DNA of 50,865 bases from Candidatus Aenigmatarchaeota archaeon (GTDB taxonomy: Archaea > Aenigmatarchaeota > Aenigmatarchaeia > QMZP01 > QMZT01): the NCBI GenBank assembly GCA_023128965.1, contig JAGMCY010000160.1, positions 1-50,865 of the forward strand, given 5' to 3'. How positions within the stretch are numbered: the stretch's first letter is position 1; the number at the start of each line of letters is the position of its first letter. The position numbers and the translations under genes were made by a program. A model generated the notes under the pieces. The model saw only the letters and a program-made list of their open reading frames with translations, had not been told where the DNA came from and searched no databases. Below are positions 1 through 11,405 of the stretch, piece by piece.

Positions 1-437
1 TATTCCCTCTTCTTCGCTAGCTCTGCTTGTTCCAAAGGGACGCCGCAGTGCTCGCGAATCTCGCTGGGGCTCATGTCCCCGAAACCGACTACTTGGATCC
101 CCCTCTTTTTTATTGATTCCAGGACTTTTCTCAATTTTTCATATTCGATTCCGAGCTTTATGACAAGATATTCTCCGTCAACATGATCGTATTTGAAATC
201 GAAAGGGAAGTAGTTTTTGGGTATGAGTATCGCTCCGCCGTTCTCTACTATAAACGGGTCTTTATTCCCAAGTTTCCTCCTGTACAGCTCCGTTTCCTCC
301 CTTGTTTTACTCGTGCAGAAAACGAGTGGGGTTTTGGTTTTTTTTATTAATTTCAGGGCAGGTAGCGCTTTATCAAAAGAATAACTCTTGGGGTCAAGCA
401 GGGTTCCGTCAAGATCTGTGAAAATTATAATCTTCAT
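1..437 (-). CDS. HAD-IIB phosphatase, glucosyl/mannosyl-3-phosphoglycerate phosphatase-like (3' end cut by window edge)
   Basis: Own translation from ATG at 437: MKIIIFTDLDGTLLDPKSYSFDKALPALKLIKKTKTPLVFCTSKTREE... It has the DxDGT HAD motif I and a TSKT motif. ATGA stop/start overlap with the upstream synthase gene. Confidence 0.6.
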   Translation of the reverse strand, partial: MKIIIFTDLDGTLLDPKSYSFDKALPALKLIKKTKTPLVFCTSKTREETELYRRKLGNKDPFIVENGGAILIPKNYFPFDFKYDHVDGEYLVIKLGIEYEKLRKVLESIKKRGIQVVGFGDMSPSEIREHCGVPLEQAELAKKRE

Positions 438-1426
438 ACGTAAAGCCACTTGGGATATTTTTTAAACTTTTTCCTGTACTCATGCAAAGTGATCATGGGC
501 GGGCGTTCTCTTTCGGTTATTATTTTATTTTTCAAGTGATACTCGCCATCACGTCTCTCTATAATTCTGTATTTGTTTTTGATCTTTTTAACAAGTATCA
601 GTTTCCCAAGTGTATTCGCTCTCTTAGCGAATACTTGAAGTATCCCGAAGGCCATGTTGCTGAGACCGGATAACTCCTGGTTTCTGTGGACCCTTCTTAC
701 CAGATCCACCTGTGCTATGGAGTTGAGGCCGAACTTTTTAACAAGGTCTATCATCATCCCTGTTTCAACCCCGTAACCGGTGAAATAAGGTATTTTTTCC
801 AGGGCTGTCCTCCTCGCTGCGGCTTCTCCGCTGAGCGGTTGCACGAAACCAGCAAGCCTCGGGAAATACATGTTGAGCAGTGGCCTTATCAAGAGTTCCG
901 TGACCCTCCCTCCTCCCAGGGGCTGGAGTTTGTCCCCAAACCTCAATGGTCTTTTGTAGTAGGGTTTTACGAACTTTATTTTCGGATGGGTAAGCAAAGG
1001 ACCAAGAGGGCCGTAAACAAACCTCGGATGGATGTTCCGAATGTCAGCATCAACCCAGCAGATAATGCTTCCACTTGCAACATACAATCCCTTCCATAAG
1101 GCTTCCCCTTTGCCCCTCCAGTTTCCTCTTTTTTTGAGTATTTCGCTGTCGAAGCAAACCGTAGCTCCTGCATCTCTAGCCACCTCCCTCGTTCTGTCCG
1201 TGCTGTGGGAATCAATAACGATTATTTCATCAACGAGCCCGTGCTTGTCCATTAAACTTGACTTTAAAACCCTGACCACCTTTCCTATCGTACGTTCCTC
1301 GTTCAAGGTGGGTATTAAAACGCTTATCGTCTCTTTTTGCTTCCTTTTAAACTCGACCAATCTCTTAATGTGGGAAAAACTCTTGTATTTGAACCTGTTT
1401 TTAACGAACCATTCTTCTACTTTCAT
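434..1426 (-). CDS. Glucosyl-3-phosphoglycerate synthase-like GT-A glycosyltransferase
   Basis: 330 aa with ISVLIPTLNEERTIGKVV...IIVIDSHSTDRT, a GT-A nucleotide-sugar fold. Size and coupling to the HAD-IIB phosphatase fit the GpgS/GpgP pair. Confidence 0.55.
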   Translation of the reverse strand: MKVEEWFVKNRFKYKSFSHIKRLVEFKRKQKETISVLIPTLNEERTIGKVVRVLKSSLMDKHGLVDEIIVIDSHSTDRTREVARDAGATVCFDSEILKKRGNWRGKGEALWKGLYVASGSIICWVDADIRNIHPRFVYGPLGPLLTHPKIKFVKPYYKRPLRFGDKLQPLGGGRVTELLIRPLLNMYFPRLAGFVQPLSGEAAARRTALEKIPYFTGYGVETGMMIDLVKKFGLNSIAQVDLVRRVHRNQELSGLSNMAFGILQVFAKRANTLGKLILVKKIKNKYRIIERRDGEYHLKNKIITERERPPMITLHEYRKKFKKYPKWLYV

Positions 1427-1480
1427 AAGTTATTAAAGTTTCGTTGGTGGGTATAAAAAAGTTTAATTCCAAGAAAAGGC

Positions 1481-2500
<1,020 letters not shown>

Positions 2501-2537
2501 CTATTTGAATTTATGAAATATCTTCGTAATAAAGGTT

Positions 2538-3647
2538 TCATTTCAAAGCTGCGAGAGCATCCGCAATCGAAGAGGCGTCTCCAATACCCGTTATGACTTT
2601 TGGTTCAGGCGTTACGTAAGCTGGGATCAACACGGAATCCTTCCCTTCAATTTTCTTCACCTCGTATCTATCGAGTTTCGAAACCCTCTCAAGGTTTTCC
2701 CTTATACCCCCGAATAACTTTGCAGCTGGAACCTTCACGGAATACTCCCCTGCTTTCGAGTTTTTCTCCCTGTCCTTCCGGAAGAAGGTTAACCTGTATT
2801 TGATCGAATGGATCGTGAGCCTATCAAGACCGCTACTTTTCATGAATTCCGAGAAAAACCCCGGATTTTCGAGAGGATCGCCTTCGAAACCTATGAATTT
2901 CGTCTCGCATTCGTTCATGCCCAGCGAATTCAAAACCCCTTCATCCGTTAGTTTCTTGATCGCATATCTTATGGTTTCCGTTCCCTCGCCGAGCTCCAGG
3001 TGGACCTTGCATTTTTTCCCCGTCAAGATATCCGAGATTAAATCGACCTTATTCCTGTATGTAGGGGAGACCAAATGAAAACCGCAGAGCCAGAGCATAT
3101 CCGCGAAATTTATGTTCTTCCAGAAATGTTCATCCAACCTGCATTCGTAAGAGGCGGGATCAAAGGTGAATATCTTCCTGTGATCTTTCCTTTCGAAAGA
3201 TAAATGTTCGAATTCTGGATCGTCCATAATAGTTTCAAGAGGTTCAACAAAACCTCTTTTGTCAGCTAATTCTATTCCTTTATGTTTGCTGAGCATTTCC
3301 ATTATCGATTTAGGTCTTAAAGGACACGACAAAACACATGGAATTCCCAATTCGTTGAGAACTAGTGCTGCGTTACCTGCATTCCCCCCTATTTTCCTTA
3401 TCCCTTTGAAATTCCCCTTCAAGAATTCGAAAAGTTCTTTGTCTATCAAACATTCGCAGTCTTTTCGTTCGTTTTCCAGAACGTAAACTATCTCTCCGGG
3501 TTTCGAAAGTATCTCCTTTGAGGGTTTCACGGGCTCGATCCCTTCGAATTTTTTTGTATCGTAATCGGTTATTATGGAATCCAGATTCGTGAACAAACCA
3601 ACGAAAATCCTCATGTTTATAATTTCATTTTGGTTAATTAAAAACAC
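2538..3647 (-). CDS. ADP-dependent sugar kinase-like protein (ribokinase superfamily, PfkC-like)
   Basis: GGNAGNAALVLNELG and C-terminal ITGIGDASS motifs resemble ADP-PFK/GK signatures. At 369 aa it is shorter than typical members. Confidence 0.45.
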   Translation of the reverse strand: MFLINQNEIINMRIFVGLFTNLDSIITDYDTKKFEGIEPVKPSKEILSKPGEIVYVLENERKDCECLIDKELFEFLKGNFKGIRKIGGNAGNAALVLNELGIPCVLSCPLRPKSIMEMLSKHKGIELADKRGFVEPLETIMDDPEFEHLSFERKDHRKIFTFDPASYECRLDEHFWKNINFADMLWLCGFHLVSPTYRNKVDLISDILTGKKCKVHLELGEGTETIRYAIKKLTDEGVLNSLGMNECETKFIGFEGDPLENPGFFSEFMKSSGLDRLTIHSIKYRLTFFRKDREKNSKAGEYSVKVPAAKLFGGIRENLERVSKLDRYEVKKIEGKDSVLIPAYVTPEPKVITGIGDASSIADALAALK

Positions 3648-3712
3648 CCGTAAAATCGTTCGAAAATACCGGTAAAAAACTTATATTACTAAAATACAAT
3701 TTCAAAATTACG

Positions 3713-4975
3713 ATGAAAGGTAAATTTAAGAATATCGGTTTCATTTCCACGAGGATCGCAGGTACGGATGGAGTATCTTTAGAAATAGAAAAATGGGCCA
3801 AGGTTCTGGAGAGAAATAAATATAATTGTTATTACTTTGCTGGAGCATCCGATAGACCACCCAAAAAATGCTTTTTGGTGAAGGAAGCGCACTTCGGGCA
3901 TCCGAAAATCATGAAAATAAGAAAAGGATGTTTCGGGAAAGAAGAGCGTTCCCCTGAAATCAGCAAATTAATTGAAAACTTGAAAAATCAGCTCAAGAAA
4001 AAAATTCAGCAATTTGTTGAGAAGTTCGATATAGATTTGATCATCCCTGAGAACGCGTTAGCCATTCCCATGAACATTCCTTTGGGTTTGGCAATTACAG
4101 ACTTCATTGCTGAAACTGGTTTCCCCACAATAGCGCATCATCACGATTTTTATTGGGAAAGAAATCGCTTTCTGGTTAATTCGGTGAACGATTATCTGGA
4201 CCGGGCATTCCCGCCAGATTTGCCTTCCATCGAACATGTGGTGATAAATTCCATTGCCAGTGAGGAGTTAAGTCATCGTAAGGGGATCTCGAATACAATT
4301 ATCCCGAATGTCTACGATTTCGCTTCCCCTCCTTCCCGGTCGGACAGCCATTGCCCGGATCTGCGAAAGCGCATTGGATTAAAAGAAAACGATTTGTTTG
4401 TCCTCCAACCCACGCGCGTGGTCCCGCGTAAATGCATTGAAACATCGGTTGAACTTGTTCATCAAATGAAGCTGAAAAATCCCGTGCTCGTTATCTCCCA
4501 TGCTAGCGGTGATGAGGGAAGCTCTTATTACGAAAACATCAAAGAATATGCGAAAAATCTGGGTGTGAAAATTGTTTCTATCGAGAAGATTATCGGACCT
4601 AAAAGAATGGAGAAGGGGGAGGGGAAGATTTATACCATAGGAGACGTGTATCTATGCGCGGATTTGGTAACATATCCTTCAAGTTATGAGGGATTTGGAA
4701 ACGCCTTCCTTGAGGCAATTTATTATAGAAAACCTGTTGTTGTGAACAGATACCCGATTTACATCGTGGATATTGAACCAAAGAGATTCGATCTGATCGC
4801 CATCAACCGTTTTGTCACGAAAGAAACAATCAAAAAAATCAGAGAGATTCTGAAAAACGAAAAACGAAGGGAGAAAATGGTGGAAAAGAATTACCGTGTG
4901 GCGCTTGAGTATTTTTCTTATGAGGTGTTGGAGAATTCGCTAAAAGATACCATTGAGGAGCTACAAAAAGGGTGA
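3713..4975 (+). CDS. GT-B fold glycosyltransferase (GT4-like)
   Basis: 420 aa; C-terminal SSYEGFGNAFLEA (E-x7-E-like) motif. Confidence 0.6.
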   Translation: MKGKFKNIGFISTRIAGTDGVSLEIEKWAKVLERNKYNCYYFAGASDRPPKKCFLVKEAHFGHPKIMKIRKGCFGKEERSPEISKLIENLKNQLKKKIQQFVEKFDIDLIIPENALAIPMNIPLGLAITDFIAETGFPTIAHHHDFYWERNRFLVNSVNDYLDRAFPPDLPSIEHVVINSIASEELSHRKGISNTIIPNVYDFASPPSRSDSHCPDLRKRIGLKENDLFVLQPTRVVPRKCIETSVELVHQMKLKNPVLVISHASGDEGSSYYENIKEYAKNLGVKIVSIEKIIGPKRMEKGEGKIYTIGDVYLCADLVTYPSSYEGFGNAFLEAIYYRKPVVVNRYPIYIVDIEPKRFDLIAINRFVTKETIKKIREILKNEKRREKMVEKNYRVALEYFSYEVLENSLKDTIEELQKG

Positions 4976-4982
4976 GAATGAA

Positions 4983-6227
4983 ATGAAAAACTTAAACATC
5001 GCTTTGCTGCATTACTCATGCCCTCCCGTGGTTGGAGGTGTAGAGGAAGTCGTTAGCCAACAGTCCTCATTATTTCACAGGCATTTTCAGAAAGTCAAAA
5101 TCTTTACGGGTATGGGGGCGCAATTTTCCGATTATTTTCAGGTAGAGATCAACCCATTACTCGGGTCGCGAAACAAAAAGATATTACACGCCCACAAGTC
5201 GGCAAGAGAGGGGAACCTCAAGCCAATCGAATCACTGACCCTGAAGATTTACAAGTATCTAAAGCGTTCACTCCAGGATTTCGATATCCTAATCGCCCAC
5301 AATGTCCTGACCATGCGCTACAACCTACCATTAACTCACGCCCTCCTACGTTTGGCTGAGGAGGATTTTATCCCCATAATTGGCTGGGACCATGATTCTC
5401 CTTATTTCTATCATGATTATCCTTCCTACTTGGACGAAGAACCGTGGAGTATCCTTAAACAATATAATTCAAAGGTATGTTATGTGGTTATTTCAGAGAG
5501 CCGTAAGAGACAATTCGAAAAGTTATACGGCAAGGGGAATAACATTCATGTCGTGCCTAATGGTATTGACCCCATTACCTTTTTTGGATTGAGCCCTTTA
5601 ACAATTCGGTTAATCCAGGAACAAAATCTCTTTGATGCCGACCTTTTAATAGTGCAGCCATCGCGCCTACATCCACGAAAAAATGTGGAATTGTCAATCC
5701 GCGTGTTGCGAGCGCTTAAGGATAAGGGGATAAATGCACGTTTGTTGATTACAGGTACTTATGATCCCCACGAGTCTAGAACGGTCGAATATTATAAGAA
5801 AATCCTGTCACTTGCCCGGGAATTGAACGTTAAGAAGGACGTTCTTATGACAGCAGAATACAAATTTAAGAGCGGTCAACGACTCATCCCCAGTCGTATT
5901 ATAATGCGGGACCTTTACCTGATTTCCGATATCTTATTCATGCCCAGCATACATGAAGGGTTTGGCCTTCCGTTGCTGGAATCCGGCATGATTAAATTAC
6001 CTGTTGTTTGTTCTGACATTTCTCCTTTCAAAGAAGTCGGGGGTAATGAGGTCTGCTTTTTCGAACTAAGTGAAACCCCTGAAGAGATCGCTGAAAAAAT
6101 TCTCAATTTACTTTCGATTAGAAAATCAAACCGTTTTTTCCGCAGGGTTATCAAAGATTATACATGGGATAACATATACAAAGAGAAATTGCTTCCTCTT
6201 TTGACTGAAATAAAAGAAAGGGCCTGA
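4983..6227 (+). CDS. GT-B fold glycosyltransferase (GT4-like)
   Basis: PSIHEGFGLPLLES motif. Start placed at the ATG at 4983 (MKNLNIALLH), just after the stop of the upstream GT. Confidence 0.65.
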   Translation: MKNLNIALLHYSCPPVVGGVEEVVSQQSSLFHRHFQKVKIFTGMGAQFSDYFQVEINPLLGSRNKKILHAHKSAREGNLKPIESLTLKIYKYLKRSLQDFDILIAHNVLTMRYNLPLTHALLRLAEEDFIPIIGWDHDSPYFYHDYPSYLDEEPWSILKQYNSKVCYVVISESRKRQFEKLYGKGNNIHVVPNGIDPITFFGLSPLTIRLIQEQNLFDADLLIVQPSRLHPRKNVELSIRVLRALKDKGINARLLITGTYDPHESRTVEYYKKILSLARELNVKKDVLMTAEYKFKSGQRLIPSRIIMRDLYLISDILFMPSIHEGFGLPLLESGMIKLPVVCSDISPFKEVGGNEVCFFELSETPEEIAEKILNLLSIRKSNRFFRRVIKDYTWDNIYKEKLLPLLTEIKERA

Positions 6228-6259
6228 AATGATTTTAAACCCTGGGTGAAAATTTATTC

Positions 6260-6985
6260 ATGTTATATCTCGTGGGCCTAGGCGTGTGGAACGAGAAAGA
6301 CATCTCGCTTCGCGGGATCGAGGTTTGTAAGAAATCGGATTCTGTCTACTGCGAATTGTACACGGCGTACTGGGGAGGAGACCTTAAGAAACTGGGAAAA
6401 TTAATCAGTAAGAAAATCGAAATCCTTGAGAGGAAGGATGTGGAGGAGGGATCGGATAAAATCCTGGAGGATGCTAAATCGAAAGATATCGTACTCCTCG
6501 TCCCGGGTGATCCTCTCGTGGCGACAACGCATGTTCATCTGATTCTGGAGGCGAAGAAAGCGAACATACCCATCGAAATCGTTCATTCCTCCTCGATATA
6601 CACGAGCATCTCTCGAACCGGTCTGCAGATATACAAGTTCGGCAGGACGGGAACTGTCATAACCCCGAAAGGGGGGTATGAAAGTCGGGGGTTCTACGAT
6701 TTGATCAAAGAAAACCTTAAACACGGTCTGCATACGCTTCTTCTCCTCGACAGGGACATGGGGACGAAAAGAGCGCTCGAAATACTCAAGGGGATAGAAA
6801 GCGGGGGGGGGAAGAAAATCTTGAAGCATGCTGTCCTCTGTTCGAAACTGGGGTCGGAACACGAAAGGATCGTTTACGGGAAGATTGAGGATTTGCTTGA
6901 TATGGACCTCGCCCCCCCGGCCGTGATAATCATCCCCGGAAAGCTTCATTTCATGGAGAAGGAATTCTTGGAGATGCTGGAATAG
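6260..6985 (+). CDS. dph5: Diphthine synthase
   Basis: MLYLVGLGVWNEKDISLRG..., LVPGDPLVATTH; tetrapyrrole-methylase fold typical of Dph5. Confidence 0.85.
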   Translation: MLYLVGLGVWNEKDISLRGIEVCKKSDSVYCELYTAYWGGDLKKLGKLISKKIEILERKDVEEGSDKILEDAKSKDIVLLVPGDPLVATTHVHLILEAKKANIPIEIVHSSSIYTSISRTGLQIYKFGRTGTVITPKGGYESRGFYDLIKENLKHGLHTLLLLDRDMGTKRALEILKGIESGGGKKILKHAVLCSKLGSEHERIVYGKIEDLLDMDLAPPAVIIIPGKLHFMEKEFLEMLE

Positions 6986-6988
6986 AAA

Positions 6989-7216
6989 TTACTGAATCTC
7001 CCTGTAAAATGAAACGTCTATCGAAAAGAGCCCGACACCCACGACTATCATCAGAACCACTATCAGGACGAGCGTGATGAACGGGTCGAGATTCGCAAAA
7101 GAATACGCGATCAGGTAGACGAGGAGGAGGACTGCTATTAAAAAGACTATGGAAACTATTATCCTTAACTTCCAAGAGAACTGCTTCACGTGGACTTCGT
7201 CCCTTTTGAATGCCAT
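6989..7216 (-). CDS. Small two-TM membrane protein, hypothetical
   Basis: 75 aa with two hydrophobic helices. The ORF fills the gap between dph5 and the L4 promoter. Confidence 0.3.
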   Translation of the reverse strand: MAFKRDEVHVKQFSWKLRIIVSIVFLIAVLLLVYLIAYSFANLDPFITLVLIVVLMIVVGVGLFSIDVSFYREIQ

Positions 7217-7295
7217 GTTGAAACCTCACAACCAAGTTTCTATATATATTTATAAATTAATTTAACATAAATATTGTCATTCGCGTGGTTTGACT

Positions 7296-8108
7296 ATGCA
7301 TTCGCTGCCCGTATTCGATTTGAATGGAAAGGAGAAGGGGAAGATTTCGTTACCCGAAACTTTCTCGGAAAAGGTTCGAATTGATCTTATTCGAAGGGCG
7401 GTGCTTGCGGAGGTGAGCAAATCAAGGAAGGCGTACGGAAGCGATCCTCTCGCTGGGCACAGGAGTTCCGCCCATTACCACGGGAGGAGGTCGAGAAGAG
7501 ACACGCAGATGAACAGGGAGCTCGCGAGAATGAAAAGGATTCACGGTCAGGGTTTTCTCAACCTTACGGTGAGGGTCGTCCCGCAGGCTGTGAAGGGCCG
7601 AAAAGCGCATCCCCCAAAGCCCGGAAAGAAATGGGCTCTGAAAATAAACAAGAAAGAACGAAGGAAAGCGCTAAAATCGGCGCTAGCAGCGACGCTTGAC
7701 AAGGACCTGGTTTCGGGAAGGGGACACAGGATTTCAGGGGTGAAGCATGTCCCGATCGTGATAGAGGACGGGTTCCAGAAAATAAGCAAGACTTCCGAGG
7801 TGATCAAAACCCTCGAAAAGTTCGGTCTGGAAGAGGAACTGGAGAGGTGTGGAAAGAAGAAGGTGAGGTCAGGAAGAGGAAAAATGAGGGGTAGAAAATA
7901 TCGAACGAGAAGAGGACCTTTGGTGGTCATAGAGAAGGACGAAGGAGTTCGAAAGGCTCTAGGGAACGTACAGGGAATTGATGTTTCACTCGCGAAAGAG
8001 CTGGATGTGAGTTCTCTCGCTCCGGGCACGCACCCGGGGAGGTTCGCGATATTCACTAAGTCCGCTATAAAGGAGTTGGATTTGAATGGCAGAGAAAAGG
8101 GGAAGTGA
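7296..8108 (+). CDS. rpl4: Ribosomal protein uL4
   Basis: Archaeal L4 sequence. ATG at 7296; the ORF track starts at TTG 7290. Confidence 0.9.
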   Translation: MHSLPVFDLNGKEKGKISLPETFSEKVRIDLIRRAVLAEVSKSRKAYGSDPLAGHRSSAHYHGRRSRRDTQMNRELARMKRIHGQGFLNLTVRVVPQAVKGRKAHPPKPGKKWALKINKKERRKALKSALAATLDKDLVSGRGHRISGVKHVPIVIEDGFQKISKTSEVIKTLEKFGLEEELERCGKKKVRSGRGKMRGRKYRTRRGPLVVIEKDEGVRKALGNVQGIDVSLAKELDVSSLAPGTHPGRFAIFTKSAIKELDLNGREKGK

Positions 8109-8385
8109 GAAGGGTAGGAAAGAAAAGGATGCGTGGGATGTCCTTATATATCCTCATCTCACTGAAAAATCAATGAACATGGTTGAGCTGGAGAACAAAT
8201 TAGTATTCATAGTTAATAAAAAGGCGGACAAGAATGAAATAAAGGAAGCGATTGAGAAGGAGTTCGAGGTGAGGGTTGAATGGGTGAGGACAGAGATAAC
8301 GACAAGAGGTCAGAAAAAGGCCTTCATAAAGATACACCCTGACTTTTCCGCGGCAGACATCGCTTCCAAATTGGGGATGATATAA
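8086..8385 (+). CDS. rpl23: Ribosomal protein uL23
   Basis: DAWDVLIYPHLTEKSMN motif; position after L4. Confidence 0.85.
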   Translation: MAEKRGSEKGRKEKDAWDVLIYPHLTEKSMNMVELENKLVFIVNKKADKNEIKEAIEKEFEVRVEWVRTEITTRGQKKAFIKIHPDFSAADIASKLGMI

Positions 8386-8386
8386 C

Positions 8387-9058
8387 ATGGGCAAGAGGAT
8401 AATCAGCCAGAGGAGAGGAAGAGGTTCGCCCACCTACAGGGTCCCGAAAAGAGGGGAAGATATCAGGATTACTTACAAGAACGTGGAAGGCGAAGTCATG
8501 GACATCATAAACGATCCCGGAAGAAACTCGCCTGTGGCGAAAATCAGGTATTCGGACGGGACATCGGATTACCTCATAGCGCCAAAGGGTTTGAAAACAG
8601 GGGACAGGATGGATTTCGTTTCGCCCCTTTCAAAAATCCCGGTTGGCGCTCAGATATTCGGAATTGAAACCTCCCCGTTTTCCGGCCCGAAATTATGTAA
8701 CGCCCCGGGCTCGTTCGCGACACTCGTTTCAAAGGCAAAGAAGAAATGCGTCATTCGGCTCCCTTCAAAAAAGACAAGGGATCTCAACCTTGAATGCCGA
8801 GCGAGTGTAGGGATTCCGGCAGGGGACGGGTTCAAGGAGAAGCCATGGGTGAAGGCCGGGAAGAAATGGATTGCAATGCACAGGAAAGGGAAATTGTATC
8901 CCAGAACTTCGGGCGTGGCGATGAACGCGGTCGATCACCCGTTCGGGGGCCCGACCAAACCCGGTAAGCCCATGACCGTGAGTAGGCACGCGCCTCCCGG
9001 AGCGAAGGTAGGGTCATGGGGAGCGAGGAGGACCGGAAAGAAGAAAGGGAAAGGGTGA
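8387..9058 (+). CDS. rpl2: Ribosomal protein uL2
   Basis: [13 protein letters not shown] motif. Confidence 0.9.
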   Translation: MGKRIISQRRGRGSPTYRVPKRGEDIRITYKNVEGEVMDIINDPGRNSPVAKIRYSDGTSDYLIAPKGLKTGDRMDFVSPLSKIPVGAQIFGIETSPFSGPKLCNAPGSFATLVSKAKKKCVIRLPSKKTRDLNLECRASVGIPAGDGFKEKPWVKAGKKWIAMHRKGKLYPRTSGVAMNAVDHPFGGPTKPGKPMTVSRHAPPGAKVGSWGARRTGKKKGKG

Positions 9059-9069
9059 TGGTGATATAT

Positions 9070-9450
9070 ATGGCGAAGTTTGCGTTCCGCGGGAAATCTT
9101 TCGAAGAGATAGAGGGAATGGACCTGGAAGAGTTCAGCCTTTTGCTGAAATCCAGGCAGAGGAGATCTCTGAAACGAGGGTTGAACGAAAAGCAGAAGAA
9201 GTTGCTCGAGAAGATAAGGAAAAATCCTAAGAAATTCCACAGGACACGTTGCAGGGAAATGGTAATACTCCCTGAAATGGTGGGCGTGAAGATTGGAGTG
9301 CATAGCGGAAAGGAATACATCCCCCTTGATATTAAACCAGAGATGATCGGTTACAGGCTCGGGGAGTTCGTGATGACGAGGAAGGTCGTGAAGCATTCCG
9401 CTCCTGGTTTCGGGGCGACGAGGTCTTCGAAGTTCGTTCCGTTGAAGTGA
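9070..9450 (+). CDS. rps19: Ribosomal protein uS19
   Basis: [22 protein letters not shown]...; GGTGAT Shine-Dalgarno sequence 9 nt upstream of ATG 9070. Confidence 0.9.
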   Translation: MAKFAFRGKSFEEIEGMDLEEFSLLLKSRQRRSLKRGLNEKQKKLLEKIRKNPKKFHRTRCREMVILPEMVGVKIGVHSGKEYIPLDIKPEMIGYRLGEFVMTRKVVKHSAPGFGATRSSKFVPLK

Positions 9451-9839
9451 TGTTTATGGTTGAATACACACTGAACCTGAATCCCAAGAAGTCGGCGAGG
9501 GCGTACGGGAGAGCGTTAAGAATATCCACCAAAAGCTCGGTAACGGTATGCCGCACGATTTCCGGTATGAATCTTTTGAAGGGCAAGAGGCTTTTGGGGG
9601 ATTTGATAACGGAGAAGAGAGGTCTGGACGGGAAATATTACACGAATGCTTCCAAGGAAATACTTAACGTTGTAAAGTCGGCGGAGATGAACGCTGAATT
9701 CAGGGGTCTGGACACGGGCAGGCTTGTGATATTCGCTTCCGCTCATAAGGGTTTTTCTTTCATCCGCCCCAGAAGGCTGAAGATGAGGAGAACCAGGAGG
9801 AAAATGACGAACATACAAATAGTTTTGCAACAGAAGTGA
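9447..9839 (+). CDS. rpl22: Ribosomal protein uL22
   Basis: Order S19-L22-S3; [13 protein letters not shown] motif. Confidence 0.85.
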   Translation: MMFMVEYTLNLNPKKSARAYGRALRISTKSSVTVCRTISGMNLLKGKRLLGDLITEKRGLDGKYYTNASKEILNVVKSAEMNAEFRGLDTGRLVIFASAHKGFSFIRPRRLKMRRTRRKMTNIQIVLQQK

Positions 9840-10471
9840 TTACTATGCTCATGAAAAGCTTTTTTGTGGATTATGCGGTAAGGAAGACAAAGATAGAGGA
9901 TTTCATAAAAAAATATTTCCCTGAGGAAAGTTATTCAAAAGTCGGGCTGGAAAGGACGCCTTTGGGCGTCAAGATAATTATATACACGGACAGACCAGGA
10001 AGGATAATAGGGGCAGGAGGCAGGAAGATCAACGAGTTGACCGACAGGCTGAAGGAGGAGTTCAAGCTCGAGAATCCGCAAGTGGACGTTAAACCAATCG
10101 AAAAACCCGACCTGGACGCGAAAATCGTTGCGAAAAAAATAACCTCAGCGCTTGGACGTGGTTACAACTACAAAAAGATCGGGAACATAATGCTGAAAAG
10201 GGTCATGGGCGCGGGGGCGATAGGGGTGGAAATCATTATCTCCGGAAAGCTCGGTGGCTCGAAGGGAAGGACAGGGAAATTCATAGACGGTTATCTTAAG
10301 CACTGTGGTCAGCCTGCGAAAGAACTGGTTGACTACGGATTCGATGAAGCGAACACGAAACCGGGTAAGATAGGCGTTCAGGTAAGGATAATGGAATCCG
10401 TTCCTTTGATAGCGGAGGATATAGAAGAGGAAAAGGATAAAAAGAAGGAATCCAAAAATAAAGAAGAATAG
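9836..10471 (+). CDS. rps3: Ribosomal protein uS3
   Basis: KH domain GRIIGAGGRKINELT; K/E-rich tail. Confidence 0.9.
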   Translation: MITMLMKSFFVDYAVRKTKIEDFIKKYFPEESYSKVGLERTPLGVKIIIYTDRPGRIIGAGGRKINELTDRLKEEFKLENPQVDVKPIEKPDLDAKIVAKKITSALGRGYNYKKIGNIMLKRVMGAGAIGVEIIISGKLGGSKGRTGKFIDGYLKHCGQPAKELVDYGFDEANTKPGKIGVQVRIMESVPLIAEDIEEEKDKKKESKNKEE

Positions 10472-10479
10472 GGTGTTTT

Positions 10480-10683
10480 ATGGCTATTCTGAGGAAAAAG
10501 GACATAAGAAAGATGGATGAAAAGGAACTTGAAAAACAAATGAAAGAGCTCAATTTGGAACTTTCCAAGGAAAAGGCGAACATACACATAGGAGCCACTG
10601 TAACCTCTCCTGGCAAGCTGAAAGAGATCAGGAGAACGATTGCCAGGATAAAAACTATCAAGAATGAGAAAAGGGGAGAATGA
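10480..10683 (+). CDS. rpl29: Ribosomal protein uL29
   Basis: 67 aa, MAILRKKDIRKMDEKELEKQMKELNLEL. Confidence 0.8.
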   Translation: MAILRKKDIRKMDEKELEKQMKELNLELSKEKANIHIGATVTSPGKLKEIRRTIARIKTIKNEKRGE

Positions 10684-10765
10684 AAGGGTATTTAGAGTTT
10701 TCGAAACCTGTATATTCGATTTTTGAAACAGCAAAATTTGAAATAAAGGGGAGTGAAATCGGAAG

Positions 10766-11071
10766 ATGACGGAGATTTGCCCTAACTGCGGCCTTCCGAA
10801 GGACATTTGCGCATGCGAAACGATCGCGAAGGAAGAGGAAAAGATAAGGATTTCTTCCATAAGAAAGAGGTTCGGAAAGAGGGTGACCTTGATCGAGGGG
10901 ATAAGCAGGGACGTGAATTCGAAAGGTATCCTGAAGGAACTGAAAACCAAGCTCGCATGCGGCGGGACAATGAAAGACGATGTGATCGAACTCCAGGGAG
11001 ACCACAGGAGAAGGATAAAGGAGATTCTGGTAAAACTCGGTTTTCCGGGCGACAAGATCGAGGTTTCGTAA
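10766..11071 (+). CDS. Translation initiation factor SUI1 (aSUI1/eIF1)
   Basis: N-terminal CPNCGLPKDICAC knuckle followed by a SUI1 fold (RKRFGKRVTLIEG...GGTMKDDVIELQGDHR). Confidence 0.85.
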   Translation: MTEICPNCGLPKDICACETIAKEEEKIRISSIRKRFGKRVTLIEGISRDVNSKGILKELKTKLACGGTMKDDVIELQGDHRRRIKEILVKLGFPGDKIEVS

Positions 11072-11126
11072 ATTTAGGGAAAAACCAAGGGGATAGATTT
11101 TTACAATCTGGATTCTATATTTAATT

Positions 11127-11405
11127 ATGAGAACTCCTGAAAATCTCGTCCGCCACGAACTGATAGGACTGAAAGCGAAAGTAGTTGATAGTTCAAACCC
11201 GAAAAACGTTGGGATAAAAGGACGGATAGTGAACGAAACGAGGAATACTCTCGTTATCGAAAAAACGGACGGGAAGGAAGTTAAATTGGTAAAAGAAGAG
11301 AACGTTTTTGTTTTTGATTTGGGTGGGGAAAGGATCAGTGTGGACGGGAAGATTCTGGTTGGAAGACCCGAGGACAGGATAAAGAAGAAGTTCAGGAAGT
11401 GGTGA
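11127..11405 (+). CDS. RNase P protein component 1 (Rpp29/Pop4)
   Basis: HELIGLKAKVVDSSNPKNVGIKGRIVNETRNTLVIE, an Sm-like Rpp29 pattern; canonical position before S17. Confidence 0.7.
   Translation: MRTPENLVRHELIGLKAKVVDSSNPKNVGIKGRIVNETRNTLVIEKTDGKEVKLVKEENVFVFDLGGERISVDGKILVGRPEDRIKKKFRKW

Noticed and set aside
4953-4982. The upstream start (4953) for the second GT4 gene
   Set aside because: It would overlap the first GT4 gene by 23 nt and add a non-conserved MRSYKKGENE leader. The ATG at 4983 (MKNLNIALLHY) fits the GT-B N-terminal beta-strand better.
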